A stretch of DNA of 64,000 nucleotides, taken from contig JBMNLZ010000002.1 in NCBI GenBank assembly GCA_050953065.1, positions 256,001 through 320,000 on the forward strand, read 5' to 3'. Positions within the stretch are counted from its first letter, which is position 1. Each line of letters starts with the position of its first letter. The notes under the pieces are model-generated. The model made no database searches, had not been told where the DNA came from, and worked only from the letters and a program-made list of their open reading frames with translations. Positions 1-9,494 of this stretch are shown here, in pieces. The DNA comes from Bacilli bacterium. GTDB lineage: Bacteria > Bacillota_I > Bacilli_A > ML615J-28 > CAG-698. Both the position numbers and the translations under genes were made by a program.

Positions 1-960
1 GATTTTTCTAAATTTTCATTCAAAGATAACAACAAAAAAGCCACTAGAAATTCTAGTAGTGAAGTTTTAAAATGGCTTGGTGAAAAAATTTCGACTTTAA
101 TTGGTGGGACTGCTGATCTTAGTTGTTCTACTAAAGCAAAGTTAAATGGAGATTTTTTCTCTAAAGATAATAGATTAGCTAGAAATATTGCTTTTGGAGT
201 TAGAGAACATGCAATGGCTGGAATTTGTAATGGAATGGCAGCTCATGGTGGAGTGAAAGTATTTTGTAGTGGTTTCTTTGTTTTTAGTGATTATATGAAA
301 CCTGCAATGAGACTTGCTGCTTTAATGGAATTGCCAGTAATTTATGTTTTCTCACATGATTCAATTGCAGTAGGAGAAGACGGACCAACTCATCAACCAG
401 TTGAACAATTAACAATGTTAAGAAGTATTCCTAATTTTGAAGTGCTTCGTCCAGCTGATCAATTTGAAATGTTAGCTTCATGGCAATTTGCAATAACTAG
501 TTCTGAAACACCAGTTGCTTTAATTACATCAAGACAAGATTTAGAAAATGTTACATATGAGAAAGGCTTAAATAATACAATTCATGGCGGATATATTTTA
601 AGTGATTTTGATAAAGATTTAGAAGGAATTATTATTGCAAGTGGGTCTGAGGTTAGTCTTGCTTTGGCGCTTCAAAAGAGTCTAGCAGAAGAAGGGCGTT
701 TTGTTAGAGTTGTAAGTATGCCATCTCTTGGTTTATTTGAAAAACAATCAAAGAAATATAAAGAATCAGTTCTACCTAAAAAACTTAGTAAAAGATTAGT
801 AATTGAAGCAAGTGATGCAATCCATTACTATAAATACTTAGGTGAAAAAGGACAAGTATATAATATCGAAAAGTTTGGTAAAAGTGCAAACGCTAAAATC
901 TTGTTTAAAGATTATGGATTTGATTTAGAAAGTATTTTGGATTTCTATAAGTCAATGTAG
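1..960 (+). CDS. tkt: Transketolase, C-terminal part (5' end outside window)
   Basis: Frame open from base 1; motifs FGVREHAM, SHDSIAVGEDGPTHQP, ASGSEV, VVSMPS. Confidence 0.97.
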   Translation, partial: DFSKFSFKDNNKKATRNSSSEVLKWLGEKISTLIGGTADLSCSTKAKLNGDFFSKDNRLARNIAFGVREHAMAGICNGMAAHGGVKVFCSGFFVFSDYMKPAMRLAALMELPVIYVFSHDSIAVGEDGPTHQPVEQLTMLRSIPNFEVLRPADQFEMLASWQFAITSSETPVALITSRQDLENVTYEKGLNNTIHGGYILSDFDKDLEGIIIASGSEVSLALALQKSLAEEGRFVRVVSMPSLGLFEKQSKKYKESVLPKKLSKRLVIEASDAIHYYKYLGEKGQVYNIEKFGKSANAKILFKDYGFDLESILDFYKSM

Positions 961-971
961 GTAAAAAGTGT

Positions 972-1002
972 AAGGGCTATTTATTAAAATAGTTCTTTTT
1001 TT
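972..1002 (+). terminator. Probable intrinsic terminator after tkt
   Basis: AAGGGCTATTT / AAATAGTTCTT stem followed by T-run. Confidence 0.6.
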
Positions 1003-1015
1003 AAGGTCTAATTAT

Positions 1016-1044
1016 TTGACAGTAAATTCATTTAGTGATAAAAT
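1016..1044 (+). promoter_or_regulatory. sigma-A promoter of opp operon
   Basis: TTGACA-17 bp-TAAAAT with extended -10 TG. Confidence 0.8.
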
Positions 1045-1084
1045 ATTAGAGCATTAATTTTGGAATAAATAAAAGGGGTAAATT

Positions 1085-2011
1085 ATGGATTCAAAATTAC
1101 TTTTTTATATTTTAAAAAGATTAGGGTTAGCGATACTAACTATTTTTTTAGTTATAACGATTACGTTTTTTGCGATGAATGCAATTCCTGGTGGACCTTT
1201 CTTAGCTGAAAAAGCTCCATCACCTGAAGTAATTGCAGCCCTAGAAGCAAAGTATGGTTTAGATAAACCTTTAGGAGAACAATACTTAAATTATTTGAAG
1301 GGCTTATTAAGATTTGATTTTGGTCCATCAATTAAACAAAGAGGAAAAGAAGTAAGTGATATTATTTCTGTTGGTTTTAAAAGTTCAGCCAAAATTGGAG
1401 GGATTGCAGCATTGCTTGCAATTGTTTCTGGAATTACATTTGGTTCAATTGCAGCAATCAAAAGAAATAAATGGTTAGACAAAACAATAATGGTTGGTTC
1501 AACTGCATTTGTTGCGATGCCATCTTTTGTTATTGCAACTCTTTTGTTAATTGCATTTTGTTTAAAGATCCAAATCTTCCCAGCTAGAGGTGATACCTTT
1601 GCTGGACTCATCTTGCCAATTTTTGCTTTGAGTTTATATCCAATGTCTTATATTACAAGACTTACTAGATCAAGTATGTTAGACGTACTTGGCCAAGATT
1701 ATATTAGAACTGCTAAAGCTAAGGGTGTTGCACCAAGTAGAATAATTTATAAACATGCATTAAAGAATGCTTTGATTGCTGTAATTACTTATATTGGTCC
1801 AATGATAGCCTATATTTTAACAGGTAGTTTAGTAATTGAAAAAATATTTTCAGTACCTGGATTAGGACGTGCTTTTATTAGTAGTATTACTAATAGAGAT
1901 TATATGATGATTATGGGAACAACTATTTTTCTAGCAACACTAGTAATTATTATGAATTTAATAACGGATATTTTATATAAATTTGTTGATCCGAGAATTG
2001 ATTTTAGTTAG
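1085..2011 (+). CDS. oppB: Oligopeptide ABC permease OppB
   Basis: YGLDKPL..QY, DYIRTAKAKG, KHALKNA, FVDPRI motifs; operon context. Confidence 0.95.
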   Translation: MDSKLLFYILKRLGLAILTIFLVITITFFAMNAIPGGPFLAEKAPSPEVIAALEAKYGLDKPLGEQYLNYLKGLLRFDFGPSIKQRGKEVSDIISVGFKSSAKIGGIAALLAIVSGITFGSIAAIKRNKWLDKTIMVGSTAFVAMPSFVIATLLLIAFCLKIQIFPARGDTFAGLILPIFALSLYPMSYITRLTRSSMLDVLGQDYIRTAKAKGVAPSRIIYKHALKNALIAVITYIGPMIAYILTGSLVIEKIFSVPGLGRAFISSITNRDYMMIMGTTIFLATLVIIMNLITDILYKFVDPRIDFS

Positions 2012-2021
2012 GAGGTAAAAG

Positions 2022-3083
2022 ATGAATAAACCAAAGAAAAATCCATTTAGTTTACAACTTAATGTAGACGATTTTTTACCTGCTACAGAGGAAGAAAAAA
2101 AACAACAAGACCAGATGAGAGAAAGTGTTACTTTCTTTAAAGACGGTATGAGAAGACTTAAGAAAAATGTTATTGCGATGATTTGTTTTTGGATAATTGT
2201 AGTTATTACTTTAATGGCTCTTTTTGTACCGATGTTTTATCCTTATAGTTATGAAGAACAATTAGGTGTTCAACAGTTTCAAACTGTTGATTCATCATAT
2301 AATAATTTAAGACCATTTCAATATGGAACAACTGAAAAAGAACGTATCGAAAGTGGTGAAAAAATATTCCCACATATTTTTGGAACAGATAGTTTAGGAA
2401 GAGATTATTTTATTAGAGTAGTTTATGGAACAAGAATTTCTTTAATAGTTGGTTTTTTTGCTAGTTTACTTGTTTTAATGATAGGACTAGTATATGGGTC
2501 TATTTCAGGATATGCTGGTGGTAAGACCGATTTAATAATGATGCGAGTCGTCGATATAATTTATTCTTTGCCGGATATGTTAATTATTATATTATTATCA
2601 GTTGTTTTAAGAAATACTATGAAACTTGATGGAACTTTTTTAGCTGCTATAGGAACCAATATGCTTAGTATTTTTATAGTTTTTGGACTTCTTTATTGGG
2701 TTAGCATGGCTCGTTTAATTAGAGGACAGATTTTAAGTGTTAAAGAACAAGAATTTGTTTTAGCAGCTAAATCAATTGGAGCAAGTCCTTTTAGAATTAT
2801 TACCAAACATTTGTTGCCAAATTGTATTAGTGTAATTATAATTTCAACTGCCTTACAAATTCCATCAGCAATTTTTACTGAGAGTTTCTTATCGTTTATT
2901 GGACTTGGAGTGTCTGCTCCAATGCCTTCACTTGGCTCTTTAGCAAATGATGCTTTGGGTGGAATTGTATCATATTCATATAGATTAGTAATCCCTTCTA
3001 TTACAATCTTTTTGCTTGTCTTATCATTTAATTTATTTGGTGATGGATTAAGAGATGCTTTTGATCCAAAACTTAAGAATTAA
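2022..3083 (+). CDS. oppC: Oligopeptide ABC permease OppC
   Basis: HIFGTDSLGRD, EFVLAAKSIGA, GDGLRDAFDP. Confidence 0.95.
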   Translation: MNKPKKNPFSLQLNVDDFLPATEEEKKQQDQMRESVTFFKDGMRRLKKNVIAMICFWIIVVITLMALFVPMFYPYSYEEQLGVQQFQTVDSSYNNLRPFQYGTTEKERIESGEKIFPHIFGTDSLGRDYFIRVVYGTRISLIVGFFASLLVLMIGLVYGSISGYAGGKTDLIMMRVVDIIYSLPDMLIIILLSVVLRNTMKLDGTFLAAIGTNMLSIFIVFGLLYWVSMARLIRGQILSVKEQEFVLAAKSIGASPFRIITKHLLPNCISVIIISTALQIPSAIFTESFLSFIGLGVSAPMPSLGSLANDALGGIVSYSYRLVIPSITIFLLVLSFNLFGDGLRDAFDPKLKN

Positions 3084-3098
3084 GGAGGGAGAGTAAAA

Positions 3099-4070
3099 AT
3101 GAAAATTTTAGAAGTAAGAGATTTACAAACATCATTTTTTACACAATCAGGTGAAGTAAAAGCAGTTGATAAGGTTAGTTTTGATTTAACAGAAGGTAGG
3201 GTTTTAGGAATTGTTGGAGAATCAGGTAGTGGTAAAAGTGTTACAGCTTATTCTATTATGCAAATTCTAACTCCTCCTGGAAAAATTATTGGTGGAAGTA
3301 TTAAATTAAGAGGTAAAGAATTAGTAGGTTTAAGTGAAAAAGAAATGCGTGAGGTTAGGGGAAATAAAATTAGTATTATTTTCCAAGACCCAATGACAAG
3401 TCTTAATCCAGTTTATAAAATTGGTAATCAATTAGTAGAAGGAATTTTGCTTCATACAAATAGAAATAAAAATGAAGCCTATGCTAGGGCTTTAGAAATG
3501 TTAGAACTTGTTGGAGTAAATGACCCTAGTAAAAGACTTGATCAATATCCACATGAGTTAAGTGGTGGAATGAGACAACGTGTTATGATTGCGATGGCTT
3601 TAGCTTGTGAGCCTGATATATTAATTGCAGACGAACCAACAACAGCTTTAGATGTTACAATCCAAGCTCAAATTTTAGAATTGATTAAAGATATTCAAAA
3701 GAAATTAGGAATGACTACAATTCTTATTACACATGATTTAGGAGTTGTTGCTGGGATGTGTGATGAGGTTGCAGTAATGTATGCTGGTAGAATTGTTGAA
3801 TATGGAACAACTGATCAAGTTTTTTATAATCCAAAACATGAGTATACAAAAGGATTGATGAAATCTATTCCAAGTGTTGATCATAAGAAAGAAAGATTAA
3901 TTCCAATCGCTGGAAGTCCGGTAGATTTATTAAATCTACCAAGTGGTTGTCCTTTTTCTCCAAGATGTGAAAAAACAATGAAGATTTGTTTAAGAGAATA
4001 TCCTAAAGCATTAGAGATTGAAAAAGGTCATATGTCAGCTTGTTGGATGAATTTAAAAGATAAAGTTTAG
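3099..4070 (+). CDS. oppD: Oligopeptide ABC ATPase OppD
   Basis: [23 protein letters not shown]-terminal Cys cluster. Confidence 0.96.
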   Translation: MKILEVRDLQTSFFTQSGEVKAVDKVSFDLTEGRVLGIVGESGSGKSVTAYSIMQILTPPGKIIGGSIKLRGKELVGLSEKEMREVRGNKISIIFQDPMTSLNPVYKIGNQLVEGILLHTNRNKNEAYARALEMLELVGVNDPSKRLDQYPHELSGGMRQRVMIAMALACEPDILIADEPTTALDVTIQAQILELIKDIQKKLGMTTILITHDLGVVAGMCDEVAVMYAGRIVEYGTTDQVFYNPKHEYTKGLMKSIPSVDHKKERLIPIAGSPVDLLNLPSGCPFSPRCEKTMKICLREYPKALEIEKGHMSACWMNLKDKV

Positions 4071-4080
4071 AGGCTAGCTT

Positions 4081-5121
4081 ATGAATAATAAAAATAAAAA
4101 ATCGGATACATTTGAAGAGGGTGAAGTTTTAATTGAGGTTAAAAATTTAAAACAATATTTCTCAATTAATACTGGCTTTTTAAAAAATACTTTTTTAAAA
4201 GCAGTTGATGATGTTTCTTTTGAAATTAAAAAAGGTGAAACATTAGGCTTAGTTGGTGAATCTGGATGTGGTAAGACTACAGTTGGAAGAACTTTACTTA
4301 ATTTATATAAACCGACCTCTGGAGAAATCTTTTATAAAGGAAAGCAAATTAAAACAAAAGATGATATCAAAAAGTTCAGACAAAAAGCTGCGATGGTTTT
4401 TCAAGATCCATATTCTTCGCTTAATCCAAGAATGACTGTAGGAGATATAATTGGTGAACCACTAGATGTTCATAAATTATATGATACTAAAGAAGAAAGA
4501 AAACGCCGTATTGATGAATTGATGAGTTTAGTTGGCTTATCAAGTGAACATGCTACTAGATATGTTCATGAGTTTAGTGGTGGTCAACGTCAAAGAATAG
4601 GAATTGCTAGAGCTTTAGCAGTTAATCCTGATTTTATTGTTTGTGATGAACCAGTATCTGCTTTAGACGTTTCAATTCAAGCTCAAGTAATAAATATGTT
4701 TAAAGACTTACAAGATAAGTTAGGTTTAACGTATTTGTTTATTGCTCATGATATTCATGTGGTTGAGCATATTTCAAATAGAATTGCAGTAATGTATTTA
4801 GGAAAAATAGTAGAGGTTGCAGAAGCTGAAGAATTAACTTCTAATCCACTACATCCTTATACAGTTTCTTTGATGTCAGCAGTACCAGTACCAGATCCTA
4901 AAACTGCAAGAATTAAGAAAAGAATTATTTTACAAGGAGATGTACCAAGTCCATTAAATGTTCCAACAGGTTGTGCTTTTAGGACAAGATGTCCTAAAGC
5001 AACTGATGCATGTAGTGGAGAGTCTCCAAGTTTAAAAGAAATAAAACCTAATCATTTTGTGGCATGCTATAATATTTCTTTAAATGAAAAGCCAAATATT
5101 GACAAAAAATTAAAAAAGTGA
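4081..5121 (+). CDS. oppF: Oligopeptide ABC ATPase OppF
   Basis: [27 protein letters not shown]-terminal Cys cluster. Confidence 0.96.
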   Translation: MNNKNKKSDTFEEGEVLIEVKNLKQYFSINTGFLKNTFLKAVDDVSFEIKKGETLGLVGESGCGKTTVGRTLLNLYKPTSGEIFYKGKQIKTKDDIKKFRQKAAMVFQDPYSSLNPRMTVGDIIGEPLDVHKLYDTKEERKRRIDELMSLVGLSSEHATRYVHEFSGGQRQRIGIARALAVNPDFIVCDEPVSALDVSIQAQVINMFKDLQDKLGLTYLFIAHDIHVVEHISNRIAVMYLGKIVEVAEAEELTSNPLHPYTVSLMSAVPVPDPKTARIKKRIILQGDVPSPLNVPTGCAFRTRCPKATDACSGESPSLKEIKPNHFVACYNISLNEKPNIDKKLKK

Positions 5122-5127
5122 TAGAAT
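5099..5127 (+). promoter_or_regulatory. Internal sigma-A promoter for oppA inside the oppF 3' end
   Basis: TTGACA(5099)-17 bp-TAGAAT(5122) with extended -10 TG. Confidence 0.7.
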
Positions 5128-5163
5128 TACTTGTCTATTAAAAAGGAGGAAAGACAAAAAAAT

Positions 5164-6945
5164 ATGTTTAAAAAAATTTCAATGTTTTTATTAGTATTAA
5201 TTTCTGTCCTAGCTCTATCAGCTTGTGGTAAAAAATCTGATAGACTAGTTGTATGTGTTGGTCCAAATCCGGACACAATTGACCCTGCATTAAACAGTGC
5301 TGTTGATGGTGCAACTTTAATTATCCATGCATTTACTGGATTAGTTGGATATCAACAAGATGAAAACGGTGCTTTACAGTTAGTTCCTGAACTAGCTAAA
5401 GAATTACCTGCACCTGTTGCATTAGAAGGTGGAAAAGTTAAATATGAATTTACTTTAAAAGATGACTTAAAATGGTCTGATGGAACAGCTTTAACTGCTA
5501 AAGATTTTGAATATGCATGGAAAAGAGCTGCGTCTGTTGAACTTGGAGCTGACTATAGTTACATGTTTGATGTAATTGATGGTTGGGCAGATCTATGGGC
5601 TGATGAACCAGCTGAAGGTGCTGAATTAAATGTTACTGCATCTGAGGATGGGAAAAAATTAACAGTTGTATTAACTACTGCATGTCCTTATTTCTTTGAA
5701 TTATGTGCATTCTCTACTTTTATGCCAGTTAAAGAAGAAGTTGTTGAAGCTAACCCTGAAACATGGGCAACAAAAGTAGCTACATATATTGGAAATGGCC
5801 CTTTCAAAATTACTGAATGGACAGCTGATAGTAAAATCGTTATGACTAAGAATGAATATTATCATAATGCTGATGATATTAAACTTAAAGAAATTGAATT
5901 TGCATTATCAGATGATGATACAGCAATTCTTACAAACTACAAAACTGGTGCTTATGCATTAATTGATAGCGTTCCAAATGATGAAATCGCTGCATTAAAA
6001 AAAGACTATGCTGATGAATTAGTTGTTGCTGGTCAACTTGGAACTTATTACATTAACTTTAACGTTGACTTTACAGCAACTTCAGCAACTTCATCTGATT
6101 TTTATAAAATTGGTGATGAAGAACTTTCTGAAGAAAATAAAGTTAAAGTTAGAAAAGCTTTAGGTTTATTAATTGATAGAAATTATATCGCTGAAGAAAT
6201 CGGTCAAGCTGGACAACAACCTGCTAACTCTTATGTTCCAATTGGTTTAACTGAACCAGATGGTTTAACTCAATTTGTTGCTAAGAATGGTCCTGCAGGA
6301 GATGGAAAAGGTTACTACAGCGTTGATAAAGCTGATTATCAAGCTAACTGTGCTCAAGCTGTTACATTATTAAAAGAAGCTGGCTATACTTATGATGAGG
6401 CAACTAAGAAATTTACTAACTTCCCTACATTTGAATATCTTTATAATACAAGTTCAGGACATAAAGCAATTGCTGAATATATCCAATCTGTTTATTCGGG
6501 ATATGGAATTGAAATTACTCTTGCAAATCAAGAATGGGGAACATTCTTAAATACTAGAAAAGAAGGAGACTTCGTTGTTGCTAGAAATGGTTGGTTAGGT
6601 GACTACAATGATCCTATTTCATTCCTTGATATGTGGACATCAACTAGTGGAAATAACGACTCTCAATTTGGTAAAGGTGCACATGCAACTGTTGCAATCT
6701 ATGGACCAGAGAAAAACAAAACATGGGCTGAAACATATGATGTTTTAATCGCTGAAATTAAAGCTTCATCTGATCAAGAAGTTCGTTTTGCAAAAATGCA
6801 TCAAGCAGAAAACATGATTATGGATACAGGAGCAATCACTCCAATCTATTTCTATACTGACCTTTATATGGTTAGTCCTAAATTAGAAGGATTCTTTGCT
6901 TCTCCATTAGGATATAAATTCTTCATGTATGCATCTTTAAAATAG
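5164..6945 (+). CDS. oppA: Oligopeptide-binding lipoprotein OppA
   Basis: Lipobox LSAC; LKWSDG..LTAKDF, GNGPF, GWLGDYNDP; ATG 5164 after AGGAGG. Confidence 0.95.
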   Translation: MFKKISMFLLVLISVLALSACGKKSDRLVVCVGPNPDTIDPALNSAVDGATLIIHAFTGLVGYQQDENGALQLVPELAKELPAPVALEGGKVKYEFTLKDDLKWSDGTALTAKDFEYAWKRAASVELGADYSYMFDVIDGWADLWADEPAEGAELNVTASEDGKKLTVVLTTACPYFFELCAFSTFMPVKEEVVEANPETWATKVATYIGNGPFKITEWTADSKIVMTKNEYYHNADDIKLKEIEFALSDDDTAILTNYKTGAYALIDSVPNDEIAALKKDYADELVVAGQLGTYYINFNVDFTATSATSSDFYKIGDEELSEENKVKVRKALGLLIDRNYIAEEIGQAGQQPANSYVPIGLTEPDGLTQFVAKNGPAGDGKGYYSVDKADYQANCAQAVTLLKEAGYTYDEATKKFTNFPTFEYLYNTSSGHKAIAEYIQSVYSGYGIEITLANQEWGTFLNTRKEGDFVVARNGWLGDYNDPISFLDMWTSTSGNNDSQFGKGAHATVAIYGPEKNKTWAETYDVLIAEIKASSDQEVRFAKMHQAENMIMDTGAITPIYFYTDLYMVSPKLEGFFASPLGYKFFMYASLK

Positions 6946-6965
6946 TCTTATAAATTAGATTGTTT

Positions 6966-6999
6966 AAAAAGCATTTCGCTTAGGCGAAGTGCTTTTTTT
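6966..6999 (+). terminator. Intrinsic terminator of opp operon
   Basis: GCATTTCGC-ttag-GCGAAGTGC stem + T7. Confidence 0.9.
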
Positions 7000-7149
7000 G
7001 ATGTTTAATTAAATAATAGTTTTTCTTATTATGTCTAATAATGTTTTACTATTAACTTAAGTTGCAGGTTAACCTACAATTTTTTATTTATTTAAAAGAT
7101 ATAATATGGTATAATACATAGTAGTAATTATTAAAGTATTAGGTGTAAT

Positions 7150-7812
7150 ATGAGACTTAGAAAAGATAAGAATGCTAATGAGGTTATTTTAGAAAATCCA
7201 GATTTAGTTATTAAAGGTTTTGAAGAAAAAATTAATAATTGGAAAAAAATATATAATAAAGAAAAAATATATTTAGAAATAGGAATGGGTAAGGGGAAAT
7301 TTATTATTGAGAATGCTTTAAATAATAAAGATATCTTATTTATTGGATTAGAAAAAGAAGCAACAGTTTTAGTTAAAGCGTTAAAAAAAGCTAAGAAATT
7401 AGAACTTGATAATTTGGTTTTTTTAAATGAAGATGCTAGTAATATAAAAACAATTTTTGGTAATAAAGAGATTGATAAAATCTATTTAAACTTTTCAGAT
7501 CCTTGGCCTAAAAAACGTCATACTAAAAGAAGGCTAACTAGTGAGAGTTTTTTAATGGATTATAAATATGTTTTAGCAGATGATGCTTTAATAGAATTAA
7601 AAACTGATAATCCAAAACTTTTTGCTTATACTATTATAACTTTAAATAATTATAATATGGAATTTTTAGACTTATCAGTTGATTTACATAAAGAAAAAGA
7701 AAATATTATTACGACTGAATATGAAGAGAAGTTTTTAAAGAGTAATAAACCAATTTATTATTTAAAGGTTAGGTTTAAAAAAGGTGAGGAAAATGGATTT
7801 AAAGCATTATGA
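7150..7812 (+). CDS. trmB: tRNA (guanine-N7)-methyltransferase
   Basis: LEIGMGKG, NFSDPWPKKRH.KRRL, KTD, TEYE motifs. Confidence 0.96.
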   Translation: MRLRKDKNANEVILENPDLVIKGFEEKINNWKKIYNKEKIYLEIGMGKGKFIIENALNNKDILFIGLEKEATVLVKALKKAKKLELDNLVFLNEDASNIKTIFGNKEIDKIYLNFSDPWPKKRHTKRRLTSESFLMDYKYVLADDALIELKTDNPKLFAYTIITLNNYNMEFLDLSVDLHKEKENIITTEYEEKFLKSNKPIYYLKVRFKKGEENGFKAL

Positions 7813-8839
7813 AAATTTGCTTAATTTAAGAGGTGTTTCTGGAGCTGAAAAAGAAGTTAGAGATTATTTAGAAAAAGAATATAAAAAATATAATGTTGAA
7901 ATAATTAAAGATAATTTAGGTGGTATTTTTGCTTTAAAAAAAGGTAATAAGAATGATTTAAAAATTGTTGTTGCTGCTCATATGGACGAAGTAGGAGCAA
8001 TGGTTAGTAATATTACAAAAGAAGGCTTTATTAAGTTTATTGTAATTGGTGGAGTTTTGCCTGAGGTTTTTCTCTCTCAACATATTGAAATAACTACTAA
8101 AGATGATGAGGTTGTAAAAGGAGTAGTAGCAACAATCCCACCACACTTAAGCAGTGATTCTAAGGAATTAAAAATTGAGGATATGTTTATAGATATTGGA
8201 GCATCTTCTAAACAGGAAGTGCTTGATTTAGGAATTGATATAGGAAGTTTTGTTAACTTTATAAATCAATATTATCATTTAAAAAATCAAGAAAGAATTG
8301 TATCAAAAGCTTGGGATAATAGATTTGGTTGTGCTATGACTATTGATATTTTAGAAAGCATTCAAAATGAAGCTCATGATAATACTTTAATAGTTGGTGC
8401 GACTGTTCAAGAAGAGGTTGGTTTAAGAGGGGCTAAAGTTGCTAGTCAAATGCTAGAGGCTGATATATTTATTGCAGTTGATGCATCTCCTGTTAGTGAC
8501 TTTTTAAATGCACCAGATGGTTTTGGAAAATTAGGCGAGGGCTTTTTGGTTAGGCTTTATGATCCTGGTTATATTATGAACATAAAAGTAAAGGATTATA
8601 TTATTTCTCTTGCTAAGAAAAATAATATTAAATATCAAGAGTTTTTTTCTAAAGGTGGTACTGATGCAGCAGCTGCTCAATATAATTCTAATGTTGCTTT
8701 AACTATAGGATTACCTTGTAGATATATTCATTCAACAGCTTCTATTGCTGATGTAAAAGATATTGAAGCAGTAAAACAAATCATACTAGCAATTATAAAA
8801 GATTTAGATAAAGAAAAGTTTTTAAAAATTAAAAAATAA
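7793..8839 (+). CDS. M42 family (glutamyl) aminopeptidase
   Basis: AHMDEVG, KAWDNR, QEEVGLRGA, GGTDA, RYIHS; ATG 7793 after GAGG. Confidence 0.93.
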   Translation: MDLKHYENLLNLRGVSGAEKEVRDYLEKEYKKYNVEIIKDNLGGIFALKKGNKNDLKIVVAAHMDEVGAMVSNITKEGFIKFIVIGGVLPEVFLSQHIEITTKDDEVVKGVVATIPPHLSSDSKELKIEDMFIDIGASSKQEVLDLGIDIGSFVNFINQYYHLKNQERIVSKAWDNRFGCAMTIDILESIQNEAHDNTLIVGATVQEEVGLRGAKVASQMLEADIFIAVDASPVSDFLNAPDGFGKLGEGFLVRLYDPGYIMNIKVKDYIISLAKKNNIKYQEFFSKGGTDAAAAQYNSNVALTIGLPCRYIHSTASIADVKDIEAVKQIILAIIKDLDKEKFLKIKK

Positions 8840-8853
8840 GGGAGGATTAACAT

Positions 8854-9402
8854 ATGAAGAAAGGTATTATAATTTTAGCGGATCATTTTGAAGATGTTGA
8901 AGCTATTGCTACAATTGATGTTTTAAGAAGAGCAGGTTTAGAGATTACAATGGTGTCTGTTAAAGACACTCTAGACTTAGAAACTCAATCTAAAATTCAA
9001 ATAAAAGCAGAAAAACTGCTTAAAGATGTTGATGTAGTAGATTATGATTTTTTAGTGATACCAGGTGGGAAAGCAGTTAATGAAACTTTAGTTAAAAACG
9101 AAGAATTAACTACTTTAATAAAGGCTTTTGTTTTTGGTGAAAAGCTAGTCGCAACAATTTGTGCTGCACCACTTTTACTTGGTAAGTTAGGCTTTTTCTG
9201 GGATAAAAAATTTACATGTTTTCCAAGTTGTGAGGAAGGTATAACAGGTAAGTATACGGCTAAAGAATTAGAAGTAGCAGATAATTTAATTACTGCAAGA
9301 TCAATGTATTATTCTATGGACTTTGCTATAGCGATAGTTGAATATTTATTAGACAAAGAAAAAGCTAAAGAAGTGATGCAAAGTATTAAAGGATTAAAGT
9401 AA
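8854..9402 (+). CDS. DJ-1/PfpI (YajL/ThiJ-like) protein
   Basis: FEDVEA...DVLRRA, IPGG, ICAAP. Confidence 0.92.
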   Translation: MKKGIIILADHFEDVEAIATIDVLRRAGLEITMVSVKDTLDLETQSKIQIKAEKLLKDVDVVDYDFLVIPGGKAVNETLVKNEELTTLIKAFVFGEKLVATICAAPLLLGKLGFFWDKKFTCFPSCEEGITGKYTAKELEVADNLITARSMYYSMDFAIAIVEYLLDKEKAKEVMQSIKGLK

Positions 9403-9494
9403 GGCATAATTTATGCCTTATTTTAATTTGATTTTATTTTTAAAAAACTTGAAGAAAAGAACATAATGTGTTAAAATATTAGTAATTATTATTA

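Noticed and set aside
7060-7082. Imperfect palindrome TTGCAGGTTAACCTACAA upstream of trmB
   Set aside because: Single occurrence with no identifiable regulator; insufficient support
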